From Octopus vulgaris (lineage: Eukaryota), in NCBI GenBank assembly GCA_951406725.2, contig OX597831.1:79112001-79176000 (forward strand): 64,000 nt of DNA. Direction: 5' to 3'. Both the position numbers and the translations under genes were made by a program. Below the pieces are notes generated by a model. It was not told the DNA's origin, ran no database searches, and saw only the letters and a program-made list of their open reading frames with translations. Of the stretch, positions 25,976 to 40,709 are shown in pieces (within the stretch, counting starts at the first letter, position 1; each line of letters opens with the position of its first letter).

Positions 25976-26510
25976 TACTCAATGTTGCTTATCTTTGTTG
26001 TTTTGTCGTTGCCGGAGGTGGTGGTGGTGGTGCTGGTGGTGGTAGAGGCTGCGGTGGTGTTCGTATCTGCATTGACATAACTTGTGTTGTTGTTGTGGTT
26101 GTTAGTGGTGATGGTGGTTGTGTTGGTGGTTGTGGTGATGGTGGCGGCGGTAGTGGTGATGGTGCTGCTGCTGCTGCTGCAGTCCACGGTACTACTTGTA
26201 GTGGTGGTACTAACAATGATGGTGATGTTGATTACGGGGGGGGGGGGGGTCGAAGGGGGCGCTGGCGTTACCGGTTGTATTGAGGTCACCTTTGTTGTTG
26301 TTATTGTTGCCATTGGTGGTAGTGGTGGTGGTGATGGTAGCAGTGACTGCGCTGGTTATGGTGGTGGTGATGGTGGTGGTGGTGTCGGTGGTGTCGGTGA
26401 CCTACAGAAATAAATAAAACATTTAGGAGATCAATACTTTGTTATATCGTCTTTTAATCTCTTTCTTTAAATAGTTCTGTCTCCGCCTTCTCTTTCTCTC
26501 CCCCGTCTCT

Positions 26511-26542
<32 letters not shown>

Positions 26543-26875
26543 GATCTCTGTTGGGTTTCAAACACATACACTAAGAATATATACCCATAGGTATACATAG
26601 ATGTAAACATATATACATTTATATTAATATAGATACATACATACATACATACATACATACATTTATATCAGGGGTTTATCAACTCGGAACCATGGGGTTG
26701 GGAGGTTAGCTTCTTACCGCACAGCCACTCTTGTGCCTAACCACGGGTTCAGTCCCACTGCATGGCGCTTTGGAAAGTGTCTTTTTTTATAGCCTCGGGC
26801 GACCAATGTCTTGTGAGAGGATTTCATACACGGAAACTGAAAGAAGCCCGTCGTATACATATGTATTTATGCATT

Positions 26876-27075
26876 GTGACCGCGTGTGTACCGTTGGCGA
26901 TTTTTTTCCCTCTGTCTTCCCTTCTCTGGATCTTCGCTTCTCCTATGTTTCCGACGAAGAGCTCCGCTCGAAACGTTAAACCCTCCTTCTTTCCTTCTTT
27001 CCTGAGCGCCCAATAATACTATATTTGTTCCACGTCCTCGCGTTGTTATATTTTTTTGTGCTTTCTTGTTTGGAT

Positions 27076-27080
<5 letters not shown>
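26876..27080 (+). mobile_element. Short element ending at (TA)n, with a minimal hammerhead (26947-26981)
   Basis: GTTT-CCGACGA-A-GAGC tcc GCTC-GAAA-CG-TT-AAAC; homologous to 23467-23680. Confidence 0.72.
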
Positions 27081-27123
<43 letters not shown>

Positions 27124-27598
27124 ATATATACATACTTTCTTGCCAAGGTTCTTGTAAAGATATACATACACATATACATGCACAGATATATACATATGTA
27201 AATTTATATATTTATATATATATGTATGTGTGTGTACATATGTGTATGTATGTATGTATCCGTATATACGTGAATGCGCTGTTTGTTTGCATATATACAT
27301 ACACACACACACACACATACAATGTGAGGTAGATACGTACATAATAAATAGATACACTCACTCAAATGACTACATTGGTGCTTACCTCCATAAGTATATA
27401 TGTATATATGTTATACCTACAGAAATGCATGCGCATATACGTATGATCGTACGTGCATATATGTGTGCGTATGTGTGTGTGAGTGCTTGCGTGTGATTGC
27501 TTCTATAGATAGGTAGAAATGTATATGCATATATACATACATATATATATGTGTGTGTGCGTGTGTGTGTGTTTGTCTACGTGCGTGTGTATAGATAA

Positions 27599-27657
<59 letters not shown>

Positions 27658-28547
27658 TGTAGATAGACAGACAGATAGATAGATACAGAGATAGAGATAG
27701 AGAGAGGGAGAGAGAGAGAGTTGTACATATACATATATATATATATATATATATATGCGTATATACGTATATACGTGTGTGTGTGTGCAGACAGAAAAGT
27801 ACTCACACATACTTACGCACAAAACACGCACACACTCATACAAACATACACACACACACACATTCCCAAATATGCCGATGAATCCGGAGAGCTTGAGACA
27901 ATGTAGGAGAAGCTGTGGAACTGTGGTGAGAGGGAGAACTCCAGAGAGAAATATACAGACAGCCCACCGACCAGCCAGCCAGCCAGCCAGCCAGCCAAAC
28001 AAACAAAACGACAGACAGACAGGCAAGCAGACACGCAGGCAGACAGACTGATGAAGAACAGTAACTGGTCGGTAATGATTCCTCTTAATATCACTGTGTA
28101 ATGTTCTCTTTTATGACCGTAGACAGTTTATTGTGTGCCCGCTGTTTTTATCGCCCTCTATCGGCGGCGGTCATGACTAGGGGTGGGGGATTAAGTGGAT
28201 AGAGTAGGGGTAGGCATGGAGGCGAAGGGAGAGGAGAGTAGGCAAGTGTCGGTGGTGTGAGGGTTGTGATGGTGAGCGGGTTTGTTCTTGGATAAGGCTA
28301 AAATGTTAATGGGGTGATTGTAGAAATTAGCTTAAATCGTTGATAGCTGTGGCAGCCATATTAAAAAAAAACACAGCAGCCATGTTGTCTACACTATAGG
28401 ATGATCATAAGCTGCTCAAAAAAGCTAAGCCTTGGGCTATATAACAACAATAACGATAAGGACACGAAGAAGGTTATATGTAGTAACCGGCCAGCTAGAA
28501 GTAGCAGCCAAATCTCTTTCGGATCGCTTCTTTATGGGTGCATTGTA

Positions 28548-29112
28548 CTGGGTTGTCCGGAAAGTTCGTGCCGATATTTAAAGGAAAGAAAAAGGTCAAT
28601 AAATACTTCCCATTACATTTTTAGTCAACCAAATATGAACCATTATGTTGCACAATGCCACTCCATCTTTCCTTTGACTTGAAAATACCCTCTTCCCAGA
28701 ATTGAGGTGGTTTCATGGCAAAGAATTCATCAAGGTATCTTTTTACGTCATCCAAGAAATTGAAATTTCACCATTAAGACTATTCTGCAGAGACCTGAAT
28801 AAGTGGAAATCCGAAGGAGCAATGTCTGGTGAATATGGAGGGTTGGGTAACACATCCCAGCCGAGCTGCACCAATTTTTGTCTGGTTCCCAAAGCATCAA
28901 GTGCCGTAAATGAACTTTCTTCTCTTCCATTTTAAAGGGTTACAGAATTAACACAGGTTATAGGAACATAAACCTTCTTCCACGAAAAGATAGCTTAAAC
29001 TGTGCTCTAAATGGAGGTGTAGTGAAATCCTATTTTATGGACACAACCATGTTCTAAAATAAGTCGAAAGGTAAGCTACTATAAATCGGCACAAACTTTC
29101 CGGACAACACAA
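28548..29112 (-). mobile_element. Internally deleted mariner
   Basis: About 28 bp TIRs ctgggttgtccggaaagttcgtgccgat / atcggcacaaactttccggacaacacaa flanked by TA; residual PPYSPDIAPSDFHLFRSLQNSL on the minus strand at about 28780-28845. Confidence 0.88.
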
Positions 29113-29225
29113 TAGAATATGACTTTATAATTTCTATGTGCAGAAAGAAGACGGAATGATCATGGATGGAAAATCTTTGATCGTAGAATGATGTGACGGA
29201 GTTGATTTGGTACTAAATAATTAAC

Positions 29226-29257
<32 letters not shown>

Positions 29258-29367
29258 GTAGTTGTTGTAACGGTAGTGGTGGTTGTAGGAGTAGTTACTA
29301 CAGAGAAAGTGGCGTTGGTGGTGGCAACGAAGATTAATTTAAAAAACCGCTGCTTCTAGTGCTATAA

Positions 29368-29765
<398 letters not shown>

Positions 29766-30539
29766 GGCGATGATGTTAATGACACTAATAATGCTGTTTT
29801 ATAAAATGTTATTGTAGTTATTATTGCTGTCATTCGAATGTATTTAGCTGCGATTTCCACAAAGTCGGAACACTCTTCGCTTTTTCCTCGTAAGATCGAT
29901 GTTCTTGTTGTTATTGGTGGTATTGTGGGGGAGGGGGTCTTGATGAGAGCGAGGTGATGTTGGCAAAGGTGGAATTGCTGTGGAGGTAAGTGGTAACGTA
30001 TTAGTAGTAGTTGTTGTTGTTGTTGTTGTTGTTGCTGGTGGTGGTGGTGGTGGTGGTGGTGGCGGTGATGGCTCCATGGTTGTGGAGGGGGTAGTGGCGT
30101 AGCGGCGACATTATCTTCGTTGCAGAAGAAGCAGTGAACGTGCCTCACAACTAAAAATCTTCCATCTTAAGAAAACGGTTTTTACTACAAAAATATATAT
30201 ATATATATTAACTAATTTATCAAGTTACTAATTAGTCAAGTAATTAATTTAACTAGCTAATTAACTTTACTAATTAATTTACTAACAATTAGCTAACTAA
30301 CCGCAATACGACAGTTTTACTTTCGTTCGTTTTCTTTTTACATATTTGAATTTCTTTATCTGTTTGTTTATATGCCCACGCGATTTGGGGGGGGGGTGTT
30401 ACAAACACCCGAGTATACAACTGGTACTTATTGTTGAGATGGATGTGTAAAGAGAATAATGACAGAACCCTAATTATTTCATTATGAGCAACCAAATTAA
30501 AATACAGAATCATTTCAGTTTGAGCCCACAGACTGCTTT

Positions 30540-30913
30540 CAGATCTTGACACAAGGCCAGCAATTTCGAGGGTGGGGCTAAGTCAATTACATCGACCCAA
30601 GTATTCAACTGGTACTTAATTTATCGACTGCGAAATGATGAAAGGCAAAATCGACCACCTCGTCATTTGAACTCAACCTAATAACAACGATAATAATTAT
30701 TTCAAATTTTTGCTACAAGGGCAGCTTCGGGGCGGTGAGGATGAGTCGATTCCATCGAACCCAGTGTTCAACTTGTACCTATTTTATGGACACCATATGT
30801 AAATGAAAGACAAATTCGACTTAGGCGGAATTTGACCTCGGAACGTAAAGACGGACGAAATGCCGCTAAGCATCTTGTCCTGTCTGCTAACGACTTTACC
30901 ATTTCGTCGCCTT
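30540..30913 (-). mobile_element. SINE family A, two partial copies
   Basis: Reverse-complement core occurs twice. Confidence 0.75.
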
Positions 30914-31732
30914 GGGTCTAATAAGCGTACAACGTTTGGAAATCCTCTCCTGCGACCTCAAACACATTTACAACATTCCATAGACATTAATAAAGCCCTT
31001 GGTGATAAATTTAGATATCCAGCCCTTTAAAAGCTTTCGTCTATACATAGGTAAAAGTAAAAGACCCCTTCAGTCAAGAATGATTGTGAGATTACACCTA
31101 GAAAGTTCCCCTCCAAGGCACAAGTCTGTTTGTGGAAGACCAGCAGACGCCCATTCATACCATCCATCCCCTTCCACGCCACCGATGTTATCCAAGGGAA
31201 AAGCAGAGGGGCCGATACAGATTGGCACTAGTGACGTCACAACTCATATTCACAGCTGAGTGAACTGGAGTAATGTGAAATAAGGTGGCTTCCTCAAGAA
31301 CACAATACACAGCTTGGCCGGCGAATCGAACTCAAAACCTCCCAATTGTAGGCCCGAAACTTTTATCGCTGAGCCGAGAAAAGATAGACATACCGTTGTT
31401 TAATGTGAATAGAATGTTCTTTTCATTTCTTTTATTTCTCTTTTTTAGGATAAGAATTCTGTGAGATTCTGTGTTCTTTTTAATTAATTCTTTCTAAATT
31501 CGAATAATTATTCCTAATTTTGGATATTTATTATATGGCTGGAAATGTGACCAACGAGGAACGAAAGTGGATCATCAAGAAGAAGTAGAAAACGGAAAAT
31601 GCAGAAATGGTTAGACGGAAATGTATTGAAGAATATCAAAGACCAACTGCAATACATAGACCACAGTATTCAGCTGGTACTTATTGTGGCTCAAGCATTC
31701 ACTCAGACCCCAGAAATATATATATATATATA

Positions 31733-32190
31733 GGTAAACGTTAAAAAAACACAAACTGGGACAAGAACGTGAAACATTTTGAAGACGGCAAAAACACACA
31801 CAGACGGGACTTTCGAAGCTCTCAGTCATCAGTCAAGAACCAGATCATCTTCGCAATTTCGGCTGATTAATCTTGAGATTGCTCCAATCTGGGCAGCCCG
31901 CCAAGGGAAATCTAAGCCAATCGCATTAGATTCCTTGGAAGAAAACCTCGAAAGTATACAACACGGTGACGGAAAAACGGACGATGTTACTCGAAAAAAA
32001 AAATTCAAAAATACGTAAAAACAATAAAGATAGCACGGATAAAAATACAAAATAACGTAAAAACAATCATAACAAAACCATGACGTCAGGACAAGCGTCT
32101 TTCGACAGGACGAGTTGAGTATAGGGCTGGGTGTGGTAAAAATGTCTGAAGGCAAACGGAGCACAAACACATACGTGTGGTCAAGCCAAC
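31733..32190 (-). mobile_element. (TA)n-embedded element, diverged relative of 32670-33030
   Basis: Shared blocks ttccaag.aatctaatgc, ggagcaa, aatcagccgaaatt, gatgatc.gg and cacgttcttg in the opposite orientation. Confidence 0.65.
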
Positions 32191-32300
32191 TACTACTATA
32201 TATATATATATATATTATATTGCATTATATTGCACTATATTATATATATAATATATTATATATGTATAATATATATCATATATATATATATATATATGTA

Positions 32301-32384
<84 letters not shown>

Positions 32385-32390
32385 GTATAT

Positions 32391-32596
32391 CGTGAGAATT
32401 TACGAAAAAACGAAAAAAACAAAAGACAAAGAGAGGTGTGTAAACAACAGACAGATGTATTAGTTTAACACTCGGGAAAGTGAGGAAGTCTTTTACGTTT
32501 TACATTTCGAGCCTACGCTCTTCAAATGAAAGGAGCACAGAAATAAACAGTGAGAGAAAATTAAAAAAAGGTTTAGTGACTAGCGAACTATCATGA

Positions 32597-32598
<2 letters not shown>
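32391..32598 (-). mobile_element. (TA)n-embedded short element with a decayed minimal hammerhead (32498-32531)
   Basis: Minus strand TTT-CATTTGA-A-GAGC gtag GCTC-GAAA-TG-TA-AAA. Confidence 0.5.
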
Positions 32599-32670
<72 letters not shown>

Positions 32671-33046
32671 CCGCAGCCCGTTCAACATCGTTCCCGTCTG
32701 CCGAAAAGGTCATTTTTCCAAACACGCCTGCTAGATAAGTTAAATTTGTCTCAATTTGTCTAAAGTCGTAAGACACCTGCTGTTATCCTGTTATTACCAT
32801 TCTTGTTTTTATTTTTATTTTTGTTTTCGTTTTTTGTATTTATATTCGTGTGGCTTCGTCCGTTTTTTCCGTCCTTGTTTCGTTTACATTCGTTCCTTTT
32901 TCCAAGAAATCTAATGCTCACAGCTTAGTTTTTCATTGGGGCTGGCCGTTTCGGAGCAAATATCAGAAATAATCAGCCGAAATTTGCTATGATGATCCGG
33001 TTGTGTATTTCACGTTCTTGTTTCTTTATATATAATTCTTATACCT

Positions 33047-33114
<68 letters not shown>

Positions 33115-35957
33115 TTCCACTGAATTAGGGATCTCCCGCAGGTTCTTTAGTTGACTTAGGTTTAAGAAAAGAAATAGAGAAATGGAAAATACATCCCACT
33201 CATATGAAGTAAGTGTATACCTTCTTTTCCTTACGCGTGTAGATACCAACGATCGTATCGGGTTGAAAATATAAGGCAACCTGTGTTATGGCGGAAGAGA
33301 AAAGACAACTTAACTAATTCAAAACTTAAAGATAAAAACGCTATAAATATGACCATAAAAATCTGTGAGACGTTCTTAAAATGTAAAGAAACGAATAAGT
33401 GTGGTAGAAGGATCGAGAGGAACAATATAATCGCCTCCGCTATTTTTATTTCGTTTTATTTCACTTTATTTTATGTTATCTCATTTGTAACCTTTACCAT
33501 GGAGAAGGCGCCATGTTTGAATAAACAGTAAATGATACAATCAGGAAGAGAACACGCGTCCGTGTATACGTTTATATATACGTGAGTGTGTGTGTATATG
33601 CGTGTGTTTTTTTGTATGCCTGTGTTTCTGTCTGTTTGTCTGTATGTATGTATGAATGCATGTAAGTGCATGTTTGTATGTGTGTATGTATGTATGTATG
33701 TATGTATGTATTTTATAAATATGTATGCATGTATGTATGTATGTAAGTACATATGTATGTATGTATTATGTAAGTATACATGCATGTATATATGTACATA
33801 TGTATGTATGTATGTATGTGTGTGTCATTCGGTTTTATTTTAAGATTTCTTGCCAATAGGGAAAGAGCTGGTTTCTAACCTAGATCCAAGGCTCCTTCAT
33901 TGGAATGTCAACATCAACAACAGGGTATTTTTTGTATGTATGTATTTATAAATGTACATATGTATATAGGTATGTATATATGTATGTATATATGTATGTA
34001 TGTACATATATATATATGTAGTTATGTATGCATGTACATGTGTGTATTATGTATGTTTGTATGTATGTATGTGTGTATGTATGCATGCATTCATGTATGT
34101 TTGCATGTATGTATGTATGTATGTATGTATGTATGTGTGTATGTATGTATGTATGTGTGTATGTACGTATTTATGTGTGCATGTATGTATGTATGCATGT
34201 ACATATGTGTGTATGTATGTATATATGCATGTATGTGTGTATGTATGCATGCATTCATGTATGTATGTGTGTATGTATGTATGTGTGTATGCATGTAAGT
34301 GCATGTATGTGTGTGTGTATGAAGCTCGCTTTGCAACACCGTGTTCAGTTCCAGTGCGCGACACCTTAAGCAAGTCTTTCAAAAAGAGCCCCGAACCAAA
34401 AATGGTGTGTGAGGGGAATTTGGTAAAGGGAAACTGTATGGAAGCCTGTCCTTAAGCAAGTCACTTTACTTCACGTAACTCCAGTCCACTCAGCTGGCAA
34501 AAACGAGTAGTACCTGTAATTCAAAGGGCCGGCCTTGTCCCATTCTGTATGACGCTGAATCTTCCTGGGAGCTACATTTAGGGGACACATGTCTGCGGTT
34601 TGTTCAGTCATTTGGTCGTTAATTTCACGATCAGGTTGTTACGTTGATCGGATCAAGTGGAACCGACAAAGTGCCAACTGTCTGATAGTTAAAAGATTGG
34701 ATGGTGATAGGTGGAACCTGTGATCTTCTGTTAAGCGTAAACGATGAGAACCTCTGTGGCTTTTAGGCCCTTTTTTGGGGGGGGGGCACGCGATGTCAAT
34801 ATTTACATTTCAGAATTTTGGCCCCACTTAGGCCCTGCGTTAACTAAGCTTTCTCCGGTGATCGTGTCGCGTTGGTGTTGAAGGGTTTTTTCGGCTGCTT
34901 TCAGAGCTGGTTGAGTTTTTGAATGAAAATATTTCTTGGGCTGCGAGAAGAATTAACCAAACAACACCCACGAATATCTAACAGGATTTTCATCGCACAT
35001 AAAGATAAAATGCGTTGGTCTTTCACAGATAACATTTATATCTACTTCATTGTATCTGGGGAGTGTCATTCTCTTTTAGTGTCTTATTAATTTAACACAC
35101 TCACCGGTCTGATTTCCACTCATTTAATTATTTTTTACTAAAATTTTTGTTGCGCCTTGCAACCTTTTCAATAGTTGTTCAATCTGTCCGTTATAATTAC
35201 ATTCTGGGGGAGAGATACTGCTCGGAGATTACGGCAGATTATGGATACGACAACATTACGGGTTGCTCAACTAAGCTAGTAACAATTGTGCTATATTCGA
35301 GGTGACTGAGATACCTGTCATCCATGTGTGTCATCTCTCTAAGCTGTCTTCGCGTGTCGCGTGTCTGGTAAAAACGTGCGCCGAACGGTTTCTAAAGGGG
35401 GCTGGAAGTAAAATTTTTTAATGTTCCAAAAGACCTGTCCACGGCATCCTTTCACGCTGACTGGTCAGTTAATAGACCGATCATGTGAGACAATGGTGCT
35501 TTGCTTGTGATACCTGGCTGCGTATCCAGGTATTCGCTTTCGAATCACTGCTGAAATGGTAATAAAGTGTTAATTATCGTTTCAAACTTGACTCGAGGTC
35601 TACAATTTGAAGGGAGGAGATTAAACGATATCATTGATCGCTAGTAATTGATTGCTTCTTTATTTTATCAATCACGAAAGGGTAAAAGACAGATTTAACC
35701 TCGAAAATATTTGAAACCAGAAAAAGGCGGTTGAGTTGCGTACTGGGGTCGATCTATTCGACTGGCCCCCTCTCCCAAAATTTCGGACCTATTTATCTTG
35801 GTATGAGATCACCATGTCGCGCACATATGGTTGTGATGCATGTGCCTGGTTTACCCTTATCAGACCGGTAGTCATGATGGGTATACTGGGTTTCATGTAA
35901 CTTACCCCAGTGTCACTTTGATGGCATGCACTACTCTCTCACTCAATAATAATAATG

Positions 35958-36007
<50 letters not shown>

Positions 36008-36020
36008 CATAATAATAATA

Positions 36021-36234
36021 ATCCTTTCTACTATAGACACAAGGCCTGGAATTTTGGGGGAGGGGCCAGTCGATTAGATCGACCTCAGTACGCAACTGAT
36101 ACTTATTTTATTGACCCCTAAAGGATGAAAGGCAAAGTCGACCACGGCAGAATTTGAACTCAGAACTTAGCGGCAGATGAAGTACCGCTAGTATTTCGTC
36201 CTGCATCCTAACGATTCTGCCAGCTCACCGCCTT
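36021..36234 (-). mobile_element. SINE family A
   Basis: Near full-length reverse complement. Confidence 0.85.
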
Positions 36235-36750
36235 TTTTGATGCTTTAATGTTCGTACGTATATCATCATATTGTTTAAAGTTTCATAATGTTCTTCATAC
36301 ACCATTTAACGGAGCCTTGCTCAAGTAATTTCTCGCTGTTTCGCTGGAAAGATTCATCTTGGACATAAGTAGGAAGGATTAAATGGCCTTTCTTTCAAGT
36401 GTAGAGATTCGTATCAAACTCTCAATCATTTTTAATATATTAAAGAGATCGTGTTATTCATATCTATGTTCGGTAATGGTTTGATCATCAGAGAATTTCA
36501 TGTTTAGTCTACAACTAAAGTTATTGATATACTAGTGCCTGACTTTTCGTTGTTCTAAGCATTGTCACTCTTACTGCCACTACTGTAAGCTGGTGGAATC
36601 GTTAGCACGCCGGATAAAATAGTTCCGAGTTCAAATCTCACCAAGGCCGATTTTGCCTTTTATCATTTTGGAGTGGATGCAGTCAAACATCGGGGTCGTA
36701 ATTTATTTAATTCCTCCCTCACCGCCCAAAGATTCAGAAATTTCCCCCAA

Positions 36751-36796
36751 GACACCTGATGAAGGTCGGAGGGTATATCAGCCGAAACGTAGTGTT
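36751..36796 (+). ncRNA. Minimal type I hammerhead ribozyme
   Basis: GACAC-CTGATGA-A-GGTCGG..TCAGCC-GAAA-CG-TA-GTGTT; intact core, imperfect stem II. Confidence 0.7.
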
Positions 36797-37205
36797 AACA
36801 ACAAAGAAGGCGAATGTAAGTAATATGAGTCAAATGTAAGTAATATGAGTAATGTACATAATTCCTCATCTCTTAAATATAGAACTGTATTCAGACTTCG
36901 TGCCTGTAATAAAATTTAAAAAAAAAAACAGATTATAACTAAAGTGGCCCAGCTCGCAGAAGCGTCGTCCTCTCGCCAGACAAACTGGTTAGCTGCATTT
37001 CGTTCGTTTTTACGATCTGAATCGAAATTGAAAACACTAAGAGAGAAAAGAAGCAACTGCTTCGACAACTTTACTAAGAAATTCTATAGAAATATCTTCA
37101 TAAAAACCTAGTTTCTTTTGTCCATAATAAAATTTTTAGAAAATTCTATTATTTTCGTATATTTTGGCGCGGGTGCACACACGCACACATACATACATAC
37201 ATACA

Positions 37206-37236
<31 letters not shown>

Positions 37237-38124
37237 TATTTCTACTCTAGGCACAAGACTAGTCGATCACATCGGCCCCAGTGTTTCACTGGTACCTAAT
37301 TTATCGACCTCGAAAGGACGAAAAGCAAAGTCGACCTCGGCGGAATTTGAACACAGAATATAAAGACTATATATGTATATGTATATATGGCAGGCTTCTT
37401 TCAGTTTCCATCTACCAAATCCACTCACAAGTAGTTGGTCGGCCGGAGGCTAGAGAAGAAGGCACTCGCCCAAGGTACCACGCAGTGGGACTGAACCCAC
37501 AACCATGTGGGCGGTAAGCAAGCTACTTACCGCACCACTACAGCAATGCCAAGAAGAAAGAAACAATTATTCAATTACAATCTATGTCAGATGGATTCGA
37601 ACTCATAACACTTAGAAAGAAAAAGAATGGAAAACTGTAGCAAAAAGAAAGCAAACACCCCCACACACACAGAAACCACCCTATCCGTTGTCCAACCCAC
37701 CCGCTTCAATACGAAGCCAGGGTTAAGTAAGATAGCTGCAGAAACATGAATACCTGATAATATTAGTCGAAACAACGATGTATGCAAGTAGGAAAGAACG
37801 GTGAGGGTGGAGGGCTGAATGCCGAGCGGTAAGCAAAGCATTAATCTGTTATAGGAAGGTGTGTGTGTGTGTGTATTTTGGCTAATATAGTTCGGGTCAT
37901 AAAATATATACACATGACAAGGAATGAGATTGAATAAGGAATGGTAGTAATGCGCTTTCGTTATGTATCTCTGTTAATATGCAAATGCTGTGAAAAGAGT
38001 AATATGTCTACGCATCAGCGCGTGTGGTTGAAAGTGTGTGTATTAGTATATACATGTGTGAGTGTGTGTGTGTGTGAATGTGTGTATGAAGTACATATAT
38101 ATATACACACACCCACAAACCCAT

Positions 38125-38157
<33 letters not shown>

Positions 38158-38351
38158 CATATGTAAATACATATGAATATAACTGTATATGTGTGTGCGT
38201 GTGTATACATATATATATGACCAGATAGATACATACATACATACATATCCCATGATGCATACATTCATATTTATAGATATGTATACATGCATATCTATCT
38301 ATTTATCTATCTATCCATCCATCTATCTATATATATATATATATGTGCATT

Positions 38352-38389
<38 letters not shown>

Positions 38390-38470
38390 CATATATACAT
38401 ATATATTTATACATATAGTACTCGCACCACGCTCTCGCGTTGTTTTTTATTGTTTGTTCTTTGTTTGGAT

Positions 38471-38511
<41 letters not shown>

Positions 38512-38629
38512 GTGTGAATGTAAATGTGAGTATTCATATATAAATATATATATATTACGTATATTATATATGCATATATGTGTTTGTGTGTGTCTGTGAA
38601 TATATAACATTTTTGTATGTAAAAATGTA

Positions 38630-38684
<55 letters not shown>

Positions 38685-39627
38685 GTATGTATGTGTATAT
38701 ATATATATATGTATATAATTATATGTATATATATATATAATTATATGTATATATATATATACTTATGTATATATGCATATATATGTGTATAAAATATATA
38801 TATATATATATATATATATTTACACACATACACACACACATAGACATGTAAGCCTAGAACGGGATACATATGTGTAAGCGTATCTACAAATGAATGTCTT
38901 GTATGTCAAAATCCCTGCGTGTTTGCGCATGCGTGTAGAAGCACGTGTATCACATTTTAATTTGGTTCCGTGTTTCATGTACGGTTTGTCTTTTTGAAGC
39001 CCGAAAACCACATAACGTAACATTACAGGAATATTTTTATTAATATCCATCGGCGGCGAAGATTACGCCATTTACTGCCGCAGAAATAACATCGCCACGA
39101 CCACCACCACGACAACCACCACGACCACCACCGCGACCACCGCCACCACCAACACCAGAATCGCATACCGACCAATAAGCCAGCTATGCAGCCAGCCAGC
39201 CAGCCAGCCAGCCAGGCTACAAACCAACCAGCTTGATAACCAACCAACTAACCAACCAGCCAATCAACAAATGAAATGGTAACCATTACTAACAACCACC
39301 AGGGGTCGTGCATCAACTACTGTCATCCGGTTACGTTTCTCTCACTTTAACTACTCGAAGTGACAATTCATGAGTGTGTTAATATGTATACATATATATA
39401 CATATATAAATATACACTCATACATACATACATACATATACAAATATACATTCATACATACATATATACATACATGCATGCATACATACATAGATACATG
39501 CATATATATACATATACTCATGCATACGCACACATATATATATATATACATACATGTATGCTTGCATACATACATAGATACATACATATATACATGCACA
39601 CGTATATATATATATATACATACACAC

Positions 39628-39667
<40 letters not shown>

Positions 39668-40012
39668 CATGCATACATACATATATACACTCATACATAC
39701 ATATATGCATATATACATACATATATATATACACTCATACATACATATATATATATATACGTTCATACAAACATACATACATACATACATACATATATAC
39801 ATACATATATATATACATACATGTGTGTGTCTGTGGTGTGTGTGTGTGTGTGTGCGTGTGTGTGTGTGTGGATGGATGGAAGGATGGATGGATGTAGATG
39901 AGCCTATTGAGTATATGTGTACATGTAGCTATGAATGTAGGTATACCGACACACACTCACATGTCTGTATGTGTTTGCGTGTGTGTAGGCCTTTCTACAC
40001 GCACATGCATTT

Positions 40013-40043
<31 letters not shown>

Positions 40044-40563
40044 TGTTAATTTGTATTTGTGTGAATATGCATGTGTGCGTGTGAGTGTGTGTTTAATGGA
40101 AACGGCCTTCGGAGTTAAGAATTCGATGTCGTAAACCAGAGAATATGAGATAATGTTTTAACAGAAAGAAACAAAAAAACAGACAAACAGAAAGCAAAAT
40201 AGTGAGTGAGAGGAATAGGTAGAATAATAAAGGGGAGTGAAGGTGACAGAAATATCAGAGTGAGAGAGTGAGAGAGAGAGAGAAAAATTAAGAGAGTAAG
40301 GAAATCAGACAAACAAAATGAAGGTAGAAGTAGGAGGAGAGGAGGGTTACAGATATGTTACTGAAAATGAGTAACAGTAAAAGAGAGAGAGAGAGAGAGT
40401 GAGTGAGAGTGAGAGCGAGAGAGAGGGGGGGGGAGAAAATGTGAGGAAGCCAATATATGCTGAGAAATCGTAAAATTATGTTTTAGCGAAACAATATGTT
40501 ATAAACATAACCATGCTCTTTTCTGAAAACACATATAACTTAGATATGGTGTGTGTGTGTGCG

Positions 40564-40633
<70 letters not shown>

Positions 40634-40709
40634 TGCACATACGTACATATATATGCATATATGTGCGTTTCTGTGTATGTGTATGTATATATATATATAC
40701 ATTTATGTC

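Noticed and set aside
31800-31840. Minus-strand CTGATGA..GAAA candidate
   Set aside because: No stem II closing pair or stem I
34700-35570. Non-repetitive stretch as possible coding sequence
   Set aside because: Frames inspected are interrupted by stops and show no motif I recognise
37750-37790. CTGATAA..GAAA candidate
   Set aside because: Core mutated and stems unpaired
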